Position numbers and translations under genes: made by a program
In this document: positions 50,020 through 63,288 of the stretch, piece after piece
Layout of the letters: each line of letters begins with the position of its first letter
How positions within the stretch are numbered: position 1 is the stretch's first letter
Notes under the pieces: generated by a model
Told to the model about the DNA's origin: nothing
Seen by the model: only the letters and a program-made list of their open reading frames with translations
Databases searched by the model: none
Source: Bugula neritina
Taxonomy: Eukaryota > Animalia > Bryozoa
Direction of reading: 5' to 3'
Length of the DNA stretch: 64,000 nt
Assembly (NCBI GenBank): GCA_964035545.1
Contig: OZ037771.1
Span: 12,032,480 to 12,096,479, forward strand

Positions 50020-51763
50020 GGGGTAACGGGGGGGGGGGGCGGGGCACAACAGTCATAGGGGTACAAAAAGCCGGTCAAATTGGGAAAGAACTTATTGACT
50101 AAAATTGCGTTTATACCTCTGCTGAAAAAAGTACCGAGTTTAAATTAATAATGCTTGTCCGGGTACCCCTTTATAGTCAAACTGAAACTCGTTGAAATCA
50201 TATTGATGCGGTTGCTCACTTTCTGAAATTGAAATTTGACTCGCATAATAGCTATTTGATGCTCTTTGTAAACGTCGTGAATTAGTGAAGCGGAAAGCAT
50301 AAAAGCGATAATTGAGAAAGCGTAGGCTATATAATTATAACCGTATAAGTACGTTGTCTAATCGCCAAAGTAATAACTAAATAACGATGTTTACAAGGAG
50401 TTATTACTCCTATTCTAAAATTGGCCGATTAAGTTATCACAGTACAAAAATTTCAACGAGTGCCTTTTACAATGCAATGCAACTCGGAGAAATTTCAACC
50501 CGGCCAAATTGAATTTTTGACCGAAAATCGTGAAGGTATAAAGGCAACTTTAGAGTTGTGATTTTTTTTTAATAAAAAGGTATTAACATAATTATTCAGC
50601 CATTGTATTTTCAATACTTGCAGAGCATACATGTTGAAGAAGCGAGTCAAAACCTGTTTTTGTAACTTTTTAAAGATGTCATTAAAGCTTCATAACTTTT
50701 TACACTCAAACGTAACAAGCCTAATTTTTACTGATATTGTTGCCATTGCTTGTCTCTACGTTGCTTAACTAGTATAATAGCCAATTCTAAAATAAATTTT
50801 CCTTGAACCACATTTATTTTCAACTTAGTCACACAGGACACAATGGGCCACCTGGCCATTGCACCCTGATCACTGTTATTAGTTTGTTTGCCCAAAAAAT
50901 TAGTGAAAATGTTACTAAAATCTATAGATATAGCCATTTCTGACTTTTTTGTAAAATATTAAAGACATTATGGTAAGACTACCAAACTACAAGGTTAAGC
51001 TGCCTTAATATATGCATCTGGTGAAGTTAAAGCTTTGCCATTTTATACATCATACAAAACACTGCTGTTGCTACTAATGGATAGTCATTATATTCATTAT
51101 ACATTATATCATTGAGGGAATATACATGTATTTGACTAAAATAAATTGTGATTTGCTCATTTCCTCCCCCTTCCGCACTCCTGCCACAAACTTCAGCCAC
51201 CTTAGCTACAGTTCATAGAAAAAGTTTACCCGGAATTTTGTAGCACATGTTACTAAAGTTTTTTCTGATGAAAATTCCTGTGAAATGGAAATAGGAAAAA
51301 CAGTTTTAGTTCTAAACAGTAATGATAATGGCACCGTAGAAATGGGCGATGTGCGTTTGATTTTGCCTCCCAGCCTGCTATCTGTGGTGGCACAAACTGT
51401 ACAGCTAAAACATGATTTTTGCTGTAGATCTGAAAGAGTATTTTTATTTACTTGTGTATATTAGATAAATAAAGATCAGATGCAACCAAATCAGCAAAGT
51501 TTCAATATATATGTTGTGTCCCACCCAGTGGCCCATTGTACCCCAGTATCGGGTCACAATGGGCCAGTTTTTTCATCATGAAAATTTTGTTATTCTGATG
51601 GTTGTAAAAGAAATAGAAACAACAAACTGATACCGATAATAGACAACTGGTGTAGCATTTAGACTAGAGATTATTGAACTAGTAACTTGAAAAACAGACG
51701 AATGAGAGCAAAAAATTCAAAATTCGGCCCATTGTGCCCCTCCTCCCCCCCCCCCGTTACCCC
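50020..51763. mobile_element. 1.7-kb non-autonomous TIR DNA transposon (TA TSD, possibly Tc1/mariner-pogo derived)
   Basis: TA|GGGGTAACG(G)n..GGGGCACAA ... TTGTGCCCC..(C)nGTTACCCC|TA, with internal CACAATGGGCCA subterminal repeats at ~50840 and ~51530-51566. No transposase ORF. Confidence 0.85.
50101..50550. mobile_element. MITE family M1 copy 2, nested in the 50020-51763 element
   Basis: Colinear and highly similar to 22093-22549. Confidence 0.9.
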
Positions 51764-52548
51764 TATTTTGTATATTTCTCCAATATTATTATGAAAGTAT
51801 AATGATACGTTAAATTTTTAAATTTGACTTCTGTCAGCAGATTAGTGAGTGTCAAATCCCCCCTTCCCCCTTTCAGTCGGTGAATTCTGCCACCAGTTCA
51901 CTAAAACATCATGTGATGCATTAGAAAGTCAAATACAGGCCAGAGTTATTATCTTATAGCTGGTGCAGAATATAACAACATTTAGTTCTGTTTGGTAGAA
52001 AAAGTGCTGCCAATTTTGTTAGCTGTTTGAGGTATTGACTTGTAAATGTTTCAGATTGACGTCTGCATAATGACTTTGTGTGGCACCAATAGAATGAGTC
52101 ATTCATTCCAACTGAGCATGCTCAAGATGCTTTTTGATGAACCTGGCTGAAAGGTAAGTGTCCTGCATGTAACAAAACAAAAATTTGGTTGCCAAATTTG
52201 ACCTAATTCATTTCATATATTTGTATGCATTATTAAAAAAATTAGTAACCATGTGTTGCAAATTTTCAATGTAATTATAAATGATCATACATGCATTGAA
52301 GTGATATACAAGGTATTGTGTGTATTGTGACAAAGAGGACAACTCCATAAACATACATTTTGAAAATAAGCCTAAATAACATTTCTGTAAAGTAGTAACA
52401 CAGCTGCATGGTTAAATAGAAATGAAAAATTAAGCTATTTAGCATATAAATATATTTCATAAAGTAGTGCATGCTAGTTAGATAATTATATTTTTGTCCC
52501 ATGAAGCTTTGTATATTTTTACTACAATAAATGAATAATATTTTATCA

Positions 52549-52756
52549 TTAGTGGTCTAGGGGTTAGAGCGTTTGCTTAGTAAGCACGAAGTCTTAGGTT
52601 CGAACCCTGACAAAGGCCATTGGTGATGTTAGGAAGAGCATTCAGTCATAATTGTTTGTGTTCCCTCATCTTAATAAGTTCGGAGCTCGATTTAACAAAA
52701 TCCCTTTCCATCAGGAGTTCTCACAGGGATGGTGACTATAAACTTGCGTGAGTTTT
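52549..52756 (+). mobile_element. tRNA-derived SINE (most complete copy)
   Basis: A-box TGGTCTAGGGG and B-box GGTTCGAACCC, then a body shared with 25601-25770 and 40126-40340. No intact acceptor stem, so it is not a tRNA gene. Confidence 0.85.
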
Positions 52757-54818
52757 TTATTAGTAGTAGAGGTTTTTGCCTTGAAATGTGAAGTAAATAT
52801 TCTAATTGCATATTTTACTTTCAGCAGCTGTGGCATAGCTATGCACTGAGGAGTTGTGTTCTCTTATGTTTGGACAGCTTGACCAACACTGTAATTTGAT
52901 AGATAAATAATGTGGTTGTTTAGAAAGTAATATTGGCTTAAATATCACCTATATTATTTAAATTATGTAGTATGTTTGTTATGATTTGGTTTTTGATTTT
53001 ATGTATTGGTGACCATGGCAGCTTTCTGCAAGATACTATATAATAGTATCTTGCATACAAATTTGACTGTTTGCAACTAAATACCCCCTCCCCATGTTAT
53101 GTCATGATGTTATGACACTAGTCATAGCAAATACCTGTAGTGACATTTCAACTAGTGCATAGACAGTCTCTTTCAGCCTCTCTACTCCCCTATACACTCG
53201 TATTTTATACATTTACATTATTCTGTAATAATATAAGGTATTTTGCCAGTCTATAACATGTCCTAGTATTATTATTATCTGAATAATATTAAGATGTGCC
53301 AAGCAGTCTGCATTACTCTCTAGGAATGTGTAACTTAGAGATCATTTATATAATGTAATCTAGCCACTGATCTCAACTGAAAACAAAGCGGCCGCCCACT
53401 CACTGCCAGATAAAACCTGTTACATACCATGAACATTCGTGATAAAGTGTAGATATTGATGTTAGCAACCATTTTAAAATGGTGTAAGAGTTTATGTATT
53501 CTGTATTAAAATCTCATTGTATGACGGCCTAGGCCTACATGTAGTGTCCATTTTTATGTATTTTCTAAGAAAAACATTCATTTTCTTATCTATAAATTTT
53601 CAACATTTTGACTCATTTGATTAATTTAAGTTTATTTCACCAATTTTCTGAAATGTTTAAATCAATTTTCATGCTGTCTTTGAAATTCACGCTGACTTTA
53701 CAGTTTAAGGAAACAGTAGAAAGCTGTTTCCTCGTCTATTCTAAGAAACAGTAATCAATATGGCATGTGTTGTGTGTGTTGTTAGATTAGGTGATAGTTA
53801 ATTGAATAGAATACATGAATATATAGATCTACATAACCACATAATATGCTCCTATCTATACTCATTATTACAATAATGTGATACTCTTAGCCTGTGGTCT
53901 CTCCACACTTCACTGCTGTATGCTAACAGTGGTTAATAGCCATTTAGCATTATTGAGCTGAGGCTAAGAGATGACACCATTACCCTTTCTCAGTGAATAT
54001 AAAACAACTTTGCTCATCCAGGACTGGGCTATAAGAGCTTTACATAGTAATTAGCTGTGGATACCACATAGTGTATTATACTACATAAGCTGTGGAAATA
54101 TATTGTTTATTCTTTTCTACTTTTTGGAAATACTAACTTATTGTTTTACAGGTTGAATCAGAAGAAAGTTGTAACAGCAGTAAAATCAGTTTGTAAGTTC
54201 TTTTCCTCTTTTATGAAAAAACTAGCTGCATATATTTATTTATATTATTCATTTATATTATGCTATGATATGTCATTTAATTATGTAATATTGTGTAGTA
54301 TTTACATGTCATCGAAAAATTACAAACTTTTAACTCATAAAAAGTCTAAATGTTGATTGATAATTTATTTATTCATTATTTACATTATTTAATATTATTT
54401 ATATTATATTTATATAATATATTATTGTATTTATTCACTTATAATTTAATTGCCGTTGCTATGTACATCTGTGGTGAGACATTATTACTATATGTTGAGA
54501 AACACAATGTGTGTAGGTAATTATTATAATACTTTATACATAATAAATTTACCTGCATGGTAAATCATCCTTTTCAATTCAACCATTTTATCTCTATCTT
54601 TTTTGAAGACGTAACAGCATTTTATTTGTATGAAATTTTCCACCTACTAGCGTACCTTGTGTTTCAACTAAACTCGGTTTGCATATAAACTCAAACAGTT
54701 CACGTTTGCTTTTTATTCTACACGATAAGAAATGCTGCATAGTAAAAGTTATTTAAGGGCTTTTTTCAAATGCACTGCTGAGAGATTTTGCATAGATATC
54801 ATTATACTGCTACCACCG

Positions 54819-54953
54819 TTCTGTAAGTGGAGGGGTTTTGTAAGTGGAGAGGTTCTGTAAGTGGAGGGGTTCTGTAAGTGGAGGGGTTCTGTAAGTGGAG
54901 GGGTTCTGTGAGTGGAGAGGTTTTGTAAGTGGAGGGGTTCTGTAAGTAGAGGG
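54819..54953. repeat. 17-bp G-rich tandem repeat TTCTGTAAGTGGAGGGG x~8
   Basis: Direct inspection. Confidence 0.95.
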
Positions 54954-55156
54954 GAGAGATGTCGTTAATAACTTTGTCTCCGCGAGGTCTGGCAACTGAA
55001 CTCACCTAATTTTCTATCACTGTCTTAAGTTTTGGCTTAAGTTTTGATCTCTCGGTTTTTCATTAAGATTTCATTTTTTCAACAACACACAATAATTACA
55101 ATATTCTTATTCCAACGTGTGTATTGACTCAGTAGGAAGGCGTGGCTCCGTAGAGA

Positions 55157-58100
55157 ATGTCCGTGACCTCAGCCTCTATTCTCATAGCTCAGTACTATAG
55201 ACAGCGCAGACACAGTCCACACTCTAACCTATCAGCTGACGTGATGTCAGCATCAATAGACAAGGGCGACAACTCTTCGGCAGCGACTGTCTTGTCAAAC
55301 GTGACGTCAAAGGTTCAGCTGACCACAATGGATGAGATTATATTATCCTTTCACGCCATAGTCTTCATTCTTGCTGTCGTTGGGAATGGCTTGGTGAGTG
55401 AAATATTGCGAAACATTGTTTCTGCTTGAATGTTGGCATTCAAGGAGTTCCTTTCATTCATTTCATGAAAAGAAGGATACTAGTTTTATGCCCTATTAGT
55501 TTTATGATAAGGTATGTAGTATAATATGTGTATATTAATGTATGTATTGTGTATATATGGTAGAGTCTACATTGTATACATATGATGAAGTATGTAGTAT
55601 TTTTTATGCTAATGTATGTATGTGTTATGAATATATAATAAGTATATAATATCATGTAATAAGTATATAATATCATGGACATGTATGTATAGTAAAATAT
55701 ATATGAATTGTATATGATAAAGTATATGTATACTATGGATATATTATAGTAAGTATATATATTGTATGTATACATATATAGTAAAGTATGTAATATGTAT
55801 ATATAGTAAATTATGCAATATGTATAATATAGATAAAGTACTTTGGAAGGTTATACACTTATAGGCAGTGTTCTCAGTAATAGTAACTTACATATACTAT
55901 AGTTATGCTAAAAGTTGGTGGGACTGTACTTTAGTATGCATGTAGTATTTAGTACATGGCTAGTACCTACTAACATACATATCTCAGGCCAGAGTATAGA
56001 AGTCTCCATTGTACTGATAACATGCATGTTTGCTACATAACTTCTGTATTTACTGCATTGTCTGTAACTAAACCAGGGTTCAGCATAACCAGATCCTTGT
56101 CTAAAAATACAATTTTGATATCCGGTTACCATATTTATTGCAGTAGTGTCGAGTAGCATAAAGATCTTAATTGTGTTGAAAAATGCTAATGATTTGAAGC
56201 TCTACCGTAATGTAACACTCTGTATAATAGTGGAATCGCTACAATGTCTGGTATGTGGGCAGTTAGTGGTATGTAACTCGGTTGTTCTATTTGAACTGTT
56301 TTTATACAAAAATGTTAGGACTGCCACTTTTGTCTGCTCTAGAAAATTTTGAAGTTGTCTTGTTGATATCAAGACAAATCACATGTTTGGTAAAAAAGGC
56401 AACTAAAATCTTCAGAAAATACTGTAATTTCTAGGCGCAAGTAGACTTGTCGGAAATACTTAAATTTTTAGAACCTATTAGAAACGGTTGAACATAGCAC
56501 GGTGTCTCTGGAATGAAGTTGCAGCAATATTAAATCTACCATGAAATTGGCTTGAAGCATCACATCCTGATTGGACATTGTTTTATATATAAATTCTTCA
56601 GACTTGAATAAAGTTGATCATGTGACAGGCAGGCTCTGTTTGGATTTAAGTGCCCCTACATTCTATACATCTGATACATGAAATTAGCTGATACTGAGTT
56701 GGTGGTTCCTTCACAATGCTGATTAATAATTTTTTGGTAAAAAAGTTTTTCTAAGTAAATACTGCACTATTATATTCTGAACCAACACATAATACTACTC
56801 CTCATGTGTTATTTCTCTAAATACATATTATAGATCATATTACCTGTTAAATGCAATGTTATACTGACAATAAATAGGATTGTTATTAATTGCAATTGTT
56901 AATTTTTGTTTTAAATCAACTTGTTAGTGACTGAAGCAGCGAATAAATATGTTAGAGTCTTTTTAAACTTTTCTGAAAATTCAAGTGGATAGTTGAAAGA
57001 TTTGATTTTCTGTGCCTAAAAGGTTTGCTAAAATATACTGTATTATTTACAATCATTTACTGATTCAACATTGCGTTTATTTTGTTAACAGTTGATGAAA
57101 CTAATCTCAGGTCTTGTACAATTTTAGTTTTTCAGTCTCACAGCCTGTATTAATTGGCACTTCTATGAGTTAGGATGTTATTTCAGGTGATAGCCACGCT
57201 GGTTCAGAACAGGCGTATGCGGACGGTAACCAACGTCTTCCTCCTGAATCTGGCCGTCAGTGACTTACTTCTGGCCATCTTCTGCATGCCTTTCACTATC
57301 ATACCTCTGGTTATGGAGGACTTTATCTTTGGTCATTTCATGTGCGTCCTGGTTCGCTACCTGCAAGGTGAGCTAGACTCTTTTTATATACAGGTTTAGC
57401 TCTTTTCTCATGTAAATTTTTGCTGTGTTTGAGGTGTTTTATATGACAGCTAAAATTTCTAATATTTACCTTTTGACATGAAACAAGGCGCAGTCAGATT
57501 TTTGCTTTTCAATCTTGTTCAACTTAAATTTATTTCACTGAAGTCTTGTGATAGTTTACAATAATAGTATAACATAATGCTGTAGCAAGCAACTATATTA
57601 TATAGCTTCATGATATTTTATTGATAATTTTATTATGGTATATTGTAAAATATTATTATTTTGGTAAACAGTATTATAATTATATTATATTATATGATGT
57701 CATTATATATTACTATGTTATTATATAATATTGCAATGATTTATTAGCTGTAGAATATGTAGTAAAATATAATGATATACCGTGATTATACTTCATGCAA
57801 GAGTGTAAGTTGCTTTACGCGCTGTTTTAGGGATGTCGGTATCTGCCAGTGCCTTCACTCTGGTAGCCATATCACTGGAGAGGTTCTACGCTATATGCAG
57901 TCCTCTCACGTCCAGGAAGTGGCAACACCTGAAACACAGCTATAAGGTGAGTTGGTGGCTTCCATTAGAATAATCTTATCTCTTGTAAAATTCTTAATAA
58001 TGTTTCCTAGAACTCTGTAGGCTTGTTCTTCTCTGAAACATAATGTAAGCCAGAAGAACTTAATTGTTTTATGAATGAGAAAAAGCGTCAAATAAAAAGT

Positions 58101-61100
58101 GCAATAGTTGGTACAAGTTTAAGCAACTTGAATACCCTGCAACTAAACAGAAAACATCAATAAGCATAATATATTTTCCGTATGTTTAATGTTGTGCCTG
58201 TAAAATTGAAATCAGGCAAATTTTTGTGACTTATTTACTTCCAAGCAAAGGGCACTTAGTTGGAACAATTTTCGAATGCATTTTGTGATAGCTTGGCAAA
58301 AAATGTTCTTTTGGACTTTTTTCATAATATTTCTCACAATTTCATTCATGGTTTTTTTACTAAAGTCGCAATTCTTATCTTTAAAGCGTCAACTTTACAC
58401 AACTTTGTGATACAACACCAAAGACAGATACTGGAAAAGCTTGCAGCACAAAATTGTATCGTTACTATTCTAAAGATGAATATAAAAATAATACAAGAAA
58501 CAACCAACATGTTTATCAACAACAGACGTCTTTTTGCTAGCAGACGTCTTTTTCATTATTATTTTCAATTTCTAATATTAGTGAGGATTGGACTTATACC
58601 AAAAAGCTGGTATTACTACTGCTAATAGTTACTAAATATAATAATGTTATATTGCTAATATCCTCTAATGCCCATCTTATAGTCTGAATGTGCACCTTTG
58701 CCAACAACTTTAAGGATGCTAATGTTGCGTGGAATGTCTTTCAATTATGTAAAGCTATGCATGTTATAATGTTTGAGGAATATGTTATGGTTTAGTCGTC
58801 ATTCACTGAGATAGCGATTAACCGCTTGGTGGGGTGCTATATTCTTTATTGTGGTAATGTTGGGTAAAAATAATTTGATTTGACGTCAGAGTGAATGAAA
58901 GTATATGGTATTTTCAAAGTTGAAATAAACCTCAATATTTTTCAAGTTAATAATTATATTGTATTCTATTGTTTTGTGGACTTTTACACTTGGCAAATAC
59001 CGGCTTTAATGCCTTTCTAAACAAGCTCCTTTTCCAAATGCGAATTATGACCTCTAAATTATGGTTTATGTTATACTTGTATGTGAAACTGGACCAAAGA
59101 CATAGATGTCTGTATAAATTGGCTGCTTCTCTCAAAAATTTGTTGCAAATTCATTGTGATACTGGATTATTTCAACTGGAAATATGTTTTCTAGTGGTGA
59201 ATTGCAGTAACCATTGTTTTAGGTGATAGCTGTTATTTGGGCCACCTCAATGATCATCAACCTACCTCTGGCATTCTTCCAAACCATAGTTACTTTCCCC
59301 TCTGGGAGTAGACAGTGCTCTAATAAGTAAGTTGCTCAATCGTTATACTAGAACTCTCAAATAGAGCATATAAATTGTCAAATAAAAATTTTGCATGTTG
59401 GTGATTATATTTAGTTTATTTTGAACTAAGAGCGTAAGTAAGTTGTCAAGTGTTTGCAATTAAATCGTACACTTTCTACTCTCACTTTTTGATAACTTTG
59501 CACTAATTGAAATTTTTTTTTCAAATTATTTAATTACTATAATTTTAGCATTCGCCATTTGTATTGTCGTGACTAAAACTGGAATCACCTTTACTTTAGC
59601 ATTTTATACTATACACACCACACTGTGTATACCACACTGTGCATACCACACTGTGTATACCACACTGTGTATACCACACTGTACGTACCATACTGTGTAT
59701 ACTACACTGTATATACCACACTGTGTATACCACACAGTGTATACTACACTGTATATACCACACTGTGCATACCATACTGTGCATACTACACTGTATATAC
59801 CACACTGTATATACCACACTGTGTATACCACACTGTGTATACCACACTGTGTATACCACACTGTGCATACCATACTGTGCATACCACACTGCAATTTGTT
59901 CACAAACTCAATGCCATCACAACTGTCTGACACCTTTGAGGTGTTTCAAGAGTGTTTTGTATGAAGTATATGCACAGAATTCTTCACCATCTTCCATCTG
60001 CAGATAGTGATAAGATAGTAACAGAAACCACATCATGGCTGAAAGTGTCTATCTTATTCCAAGTTTCGGTTCTGGTTGAAAGTTTAAGTTATGTCATATA
60101 TAATTTTGAAGATTGTTTTTTGCCACCAATTACAGTGAATATTATATTGTCTACTTTCTCAGTTTCATGAATCTTCAATCTGAATATGCATTCCATGCAC
60201 CACTCACAGACTGAGACCACTAACACAAAGTGGTGCCAACAAATATAAAACTCCATACTATCTGGAAATTAACTATGTTAAACAATGCCTATCCCTGGCT
60301 AATTACACCAATTAGCTTCTCGCCCAAAGGAATTCTTATGTAAAGAAACTTTTTTATTTAATCAGAAAATCACTTTAACTCATTCTAACATTTCAAAATA
60401 TTGAAAAATAATTTACTCATTTCGTAAGCAATTGAGTCCACCATTTACTCATCGCATATTGTATTGTTTCATCATTAAGTAAATGTACCTCAGATTTTAA
60501 TGCAATTTGACCTTGACCTCAGGTGTGTGTTCCTCGTAGGTGGCCAAACTTGGTCGTGCAGCAGGTTTACTACTTCATTCACCTGGCCATTGCTGACTTG
60601 ACAGCCCCTCTTATCATCATGTGCATAGCCTACAGTCTCATAGCCAAGACTCTGTGGAACGGGTTAAAGACTACCCACATTGTTGGTAACAGAACTTATG
60701 TTTATACTTGAGGAAACTCATACAACTTCTAGAAATATTGTAGTCTGTAGCTGATCATAATTTGTGAATGAAGAGACAACTTTGTTGTTATTTCTTTTGG
60801 TTTATTCCCAATTTTGCAAAGTTTTGCAACAAAAAAATCCAAAATTCTTTTTACTTTTTTCAAAAAAAAATTTCATAAGCATTTAAAAAGATACGAGGCA
60901 ATTTGTTTCAAGCTATTGGGTAGACAACACTTACTTGTATTAGAATTATAATAACCCAATCAGATGGTAAATATAATAATTGAGAGCTCTTAGTCAATAC
61001 AGTGTGTGTATAACTAAGGTTATTGATTCATAGCAATTATATTATTAGTCTAATTCTTCTGACCACCGCATGACCTTGCAGACACCACCTTGGGAGAGAA

Positions 61101-63275
61101 GACGAGAAGGCAAATGTCGTTGACGAGTGACGGCAGCGACTTGAGTGAAGACTGTGACATGCTGCCAGGTGTCAAATACAAAAAAATTGCCAACAAAAGT
61201 TTGACTCATCAGATTAACTTCTCGCCTCAGAATTCAAAGAGTTGCGGGCGTCAAGACACAGTGATTAGCCTCAGGAGTCATGTTTCAGCTGTGAGTTGAG
61301 ATACTAAGGCTATGTTATGAGTTGCAGCTACCATTGGGATTTCCCAGACTGCTGGTTGTGAATATACTATGTAGTGGTTACTATGTGACACTTATTATAC
61401 AATTGTTCTTAGAAATAACATATATTACACTTTTAAAGTAATATATAGTATGCTAAAGGTTTTTCCTTTCTAGCATTATTTATATCATTAAGAGATTTGT
61501 GTCATACTGATCTTAATCAGTGTAATGATTTGTTACTCTTTCGACATTTATTTTATTAATACAGTTAATTTATATTTATTACTATTTATTATTATTATTA
61601 ATATTATTTATTAATTAATAGTTTGGAAGATGTACCATTCGGGTATTGCATACATGGTGTATACGCAAGACACTCTGTCTTCCTGTGCTAACGATTTTAT
61701 TTTCTTGCTTCTGGCATATTTTTGATAGGCAAACTTTGTACATTTCAAAACCTCTTACGATATTCTATCAGGATATAGTGATAGTGATGTAGTATGTATT
61801 GTATGTATTGTGATAGTGATGTAGTATGTACTGTATGTATTGTGATAGTGATGTAGTATGTACTGTATGTATTGTGATAACGTTGTAGTATGTACTGTAT
61901 GTATTGTGATAGTGATGTAGTATGTATTGTATTTATTGTGATAGTGATGTAGTATGTACTGTATGTATTGTGATAGTGATGTAGTATGTACTGTATGTAT
62001 TGTGATAGTGATGTAGTATGTACTGTATGTATTGTGATAGTGTTGTAGTATGTACTGTATGTATTGTGATAGTGATGTAGTATGTACTGTATGTATTGTG
62101 ATAGTGTTGTAGTATGTACTGTATATATTACAGTCTAATGTGAAGTCTAAGAGAAGGGTCATACGGATGCTGTTTGTCATAGTCATGGAGTTCTTCATCT
62201 GCTGGACTCCTCTCTATCTAGTCTACCTCTGGAGTCTGTTAGACAGCGCAAGCGCCACTAAACACCTGCCCTCTCCTGGAATACTCCTTTCTATATTTCG
62301 TCTGTTAGCCTACACTTCCTCTTGCTGTAATCCAATCACGTAAGGGCTTACATCCTAGGTTGTACAGGGTGCTGTGCAATGAATGTTTTAGATTATGTAT
62401 TCTTCTATTCTTTAGTTAAATATATATGTAGCTTTCTCAGACAATAATAATATAGTAAATATTCTTCATGTAATTTGTTTAACAAACGGCTTTTAAGCGT
62501 CCAAAGAAAATGTTGAGAAATTGTCGGTAATATGGAGCAGTTTTATTTGGTTTTAATACGCAAAGATGAGACTTTGAAGTATTTGCAGTAGTTATTGTAA
62601 AATGTTACCAGCTACCTTAACCATTATTTGTTGTGTTTGCATCACACAGTCATATGTTATGCAGGTTAAAATGCACTTTATTAGAGAAAATAATATTGAA
62701 ATTCTTTTTAATCTCTGAAAGACGGGCAACTTGTATAGTTACCTGCCTATTAAGTAGATTTACCTGATGCTATGTTTTTGTGGCTTTTTTTAACAAATCT
62801 AAAAAACTTCCAGTTTATTTCTATGGTTGAATGCAACCTTAAGATAAACCAAGTGGTACCAGATGTTATATAATGATGTAATGTGGGTATAGATAGCACA
62901 GTTAGTGCAGACCGTCTTTGTATTGGTAAGCTATCTGCAGAAAAGTCATAGTCTCAAATGAATATGGCTGAGAGAAAGTTTGTTAGTATATATATTATTT
63001 ATCTTACATTTAGGTACTGCTTTATGAGTAAGAAGTTTCGAGCTGCTTTCCTAACAGCGTTTAGATGTTCCAAGTTACACAGGAGATCAACGATCCAGAG
63101 CACTCAAATCACGTACTGCGACAATAACGGGACGAACAACAATCACCCCCTCCTTCAACGACAAAGTTCTCGATCTAAGCGCCTGAGGTCCGTCTCAAGT
63201 AATGGCAGCATCCAAATTATGAAACTGCCTTTGGAAAAGGAACTCTCAAATGGCAAAGGCGTTGCGTTTTTCTAA
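55157..63275 (+). CDS. CCKAR: Cholecystokinin/sulfakinin-type rhodopsin-family GPCR
   Basis: join(55157..55393,57187..57367,57831..57946,59223..59326,60540..60685,61082..61290,62134..62339,63014..63275). 8 GT-AG exons in phase, 486 aa. Motifs: GNGLV, NRRMRTVTNVFLLNLAVSDLLLAIFCMPFT, AISLERFYAICSPLTSRKWQ, KRRVIRMLFVIVMEFFICWTPLY and YTSSCCNPITYCFMSKKFR. N-glycosylation sequons in the N-terminus. The invertebrate receptor is co-orthologous to CCKAR and CCKBR. Confidence 0.93.
59613..59891. repeat. 14-bp tandem repeat ATACCACACTGTGT x~20
   Basis: Direct inspection; explains the overlapping spurious ORFs. Confidence 0.97.
61778..62123. repeat. 32-bp tandem repeat TGTGATAGTGATGTAGTATGTACTGTATGTAT x~11 abutting a GPCR acceptor
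   Basis: Direct inspection. Confidence 0.97.
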
Positions 63276-63282
63276 TTTATTC

Positions 63283-63288
63283 AATAAA
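63283..63288 (+). terminator. Candidate polyadenylation signal AATAAA just after the GPCR stop
   Basis: AATAAA 7 nt after TAA. The context is AT-rich, so it is not unique. Confidence 0.3.

Noticed and set aside
52549-52625. tRNA gene
   Set aside because: A/B boxes are present but the acceptor stem is missing, and the downstream body is repeated elsewhere, so it is a SINE.
58260-58625. 121-aa ORF in a GPCR intron
   Set aside because: Non-ATG start, AT-rich, no recognisable motif; probably a decayed repeat.
59569-60007. Overlapping His/Cys/Tyr-rich ORFs on both strands
   Set aside because: Products of the 14-bp minisatellite; the same applies to ORFs at 20465-20930, 25706-26060, 27191-27496, 54802-55005 and 61755-62198, which overlap other repeats.
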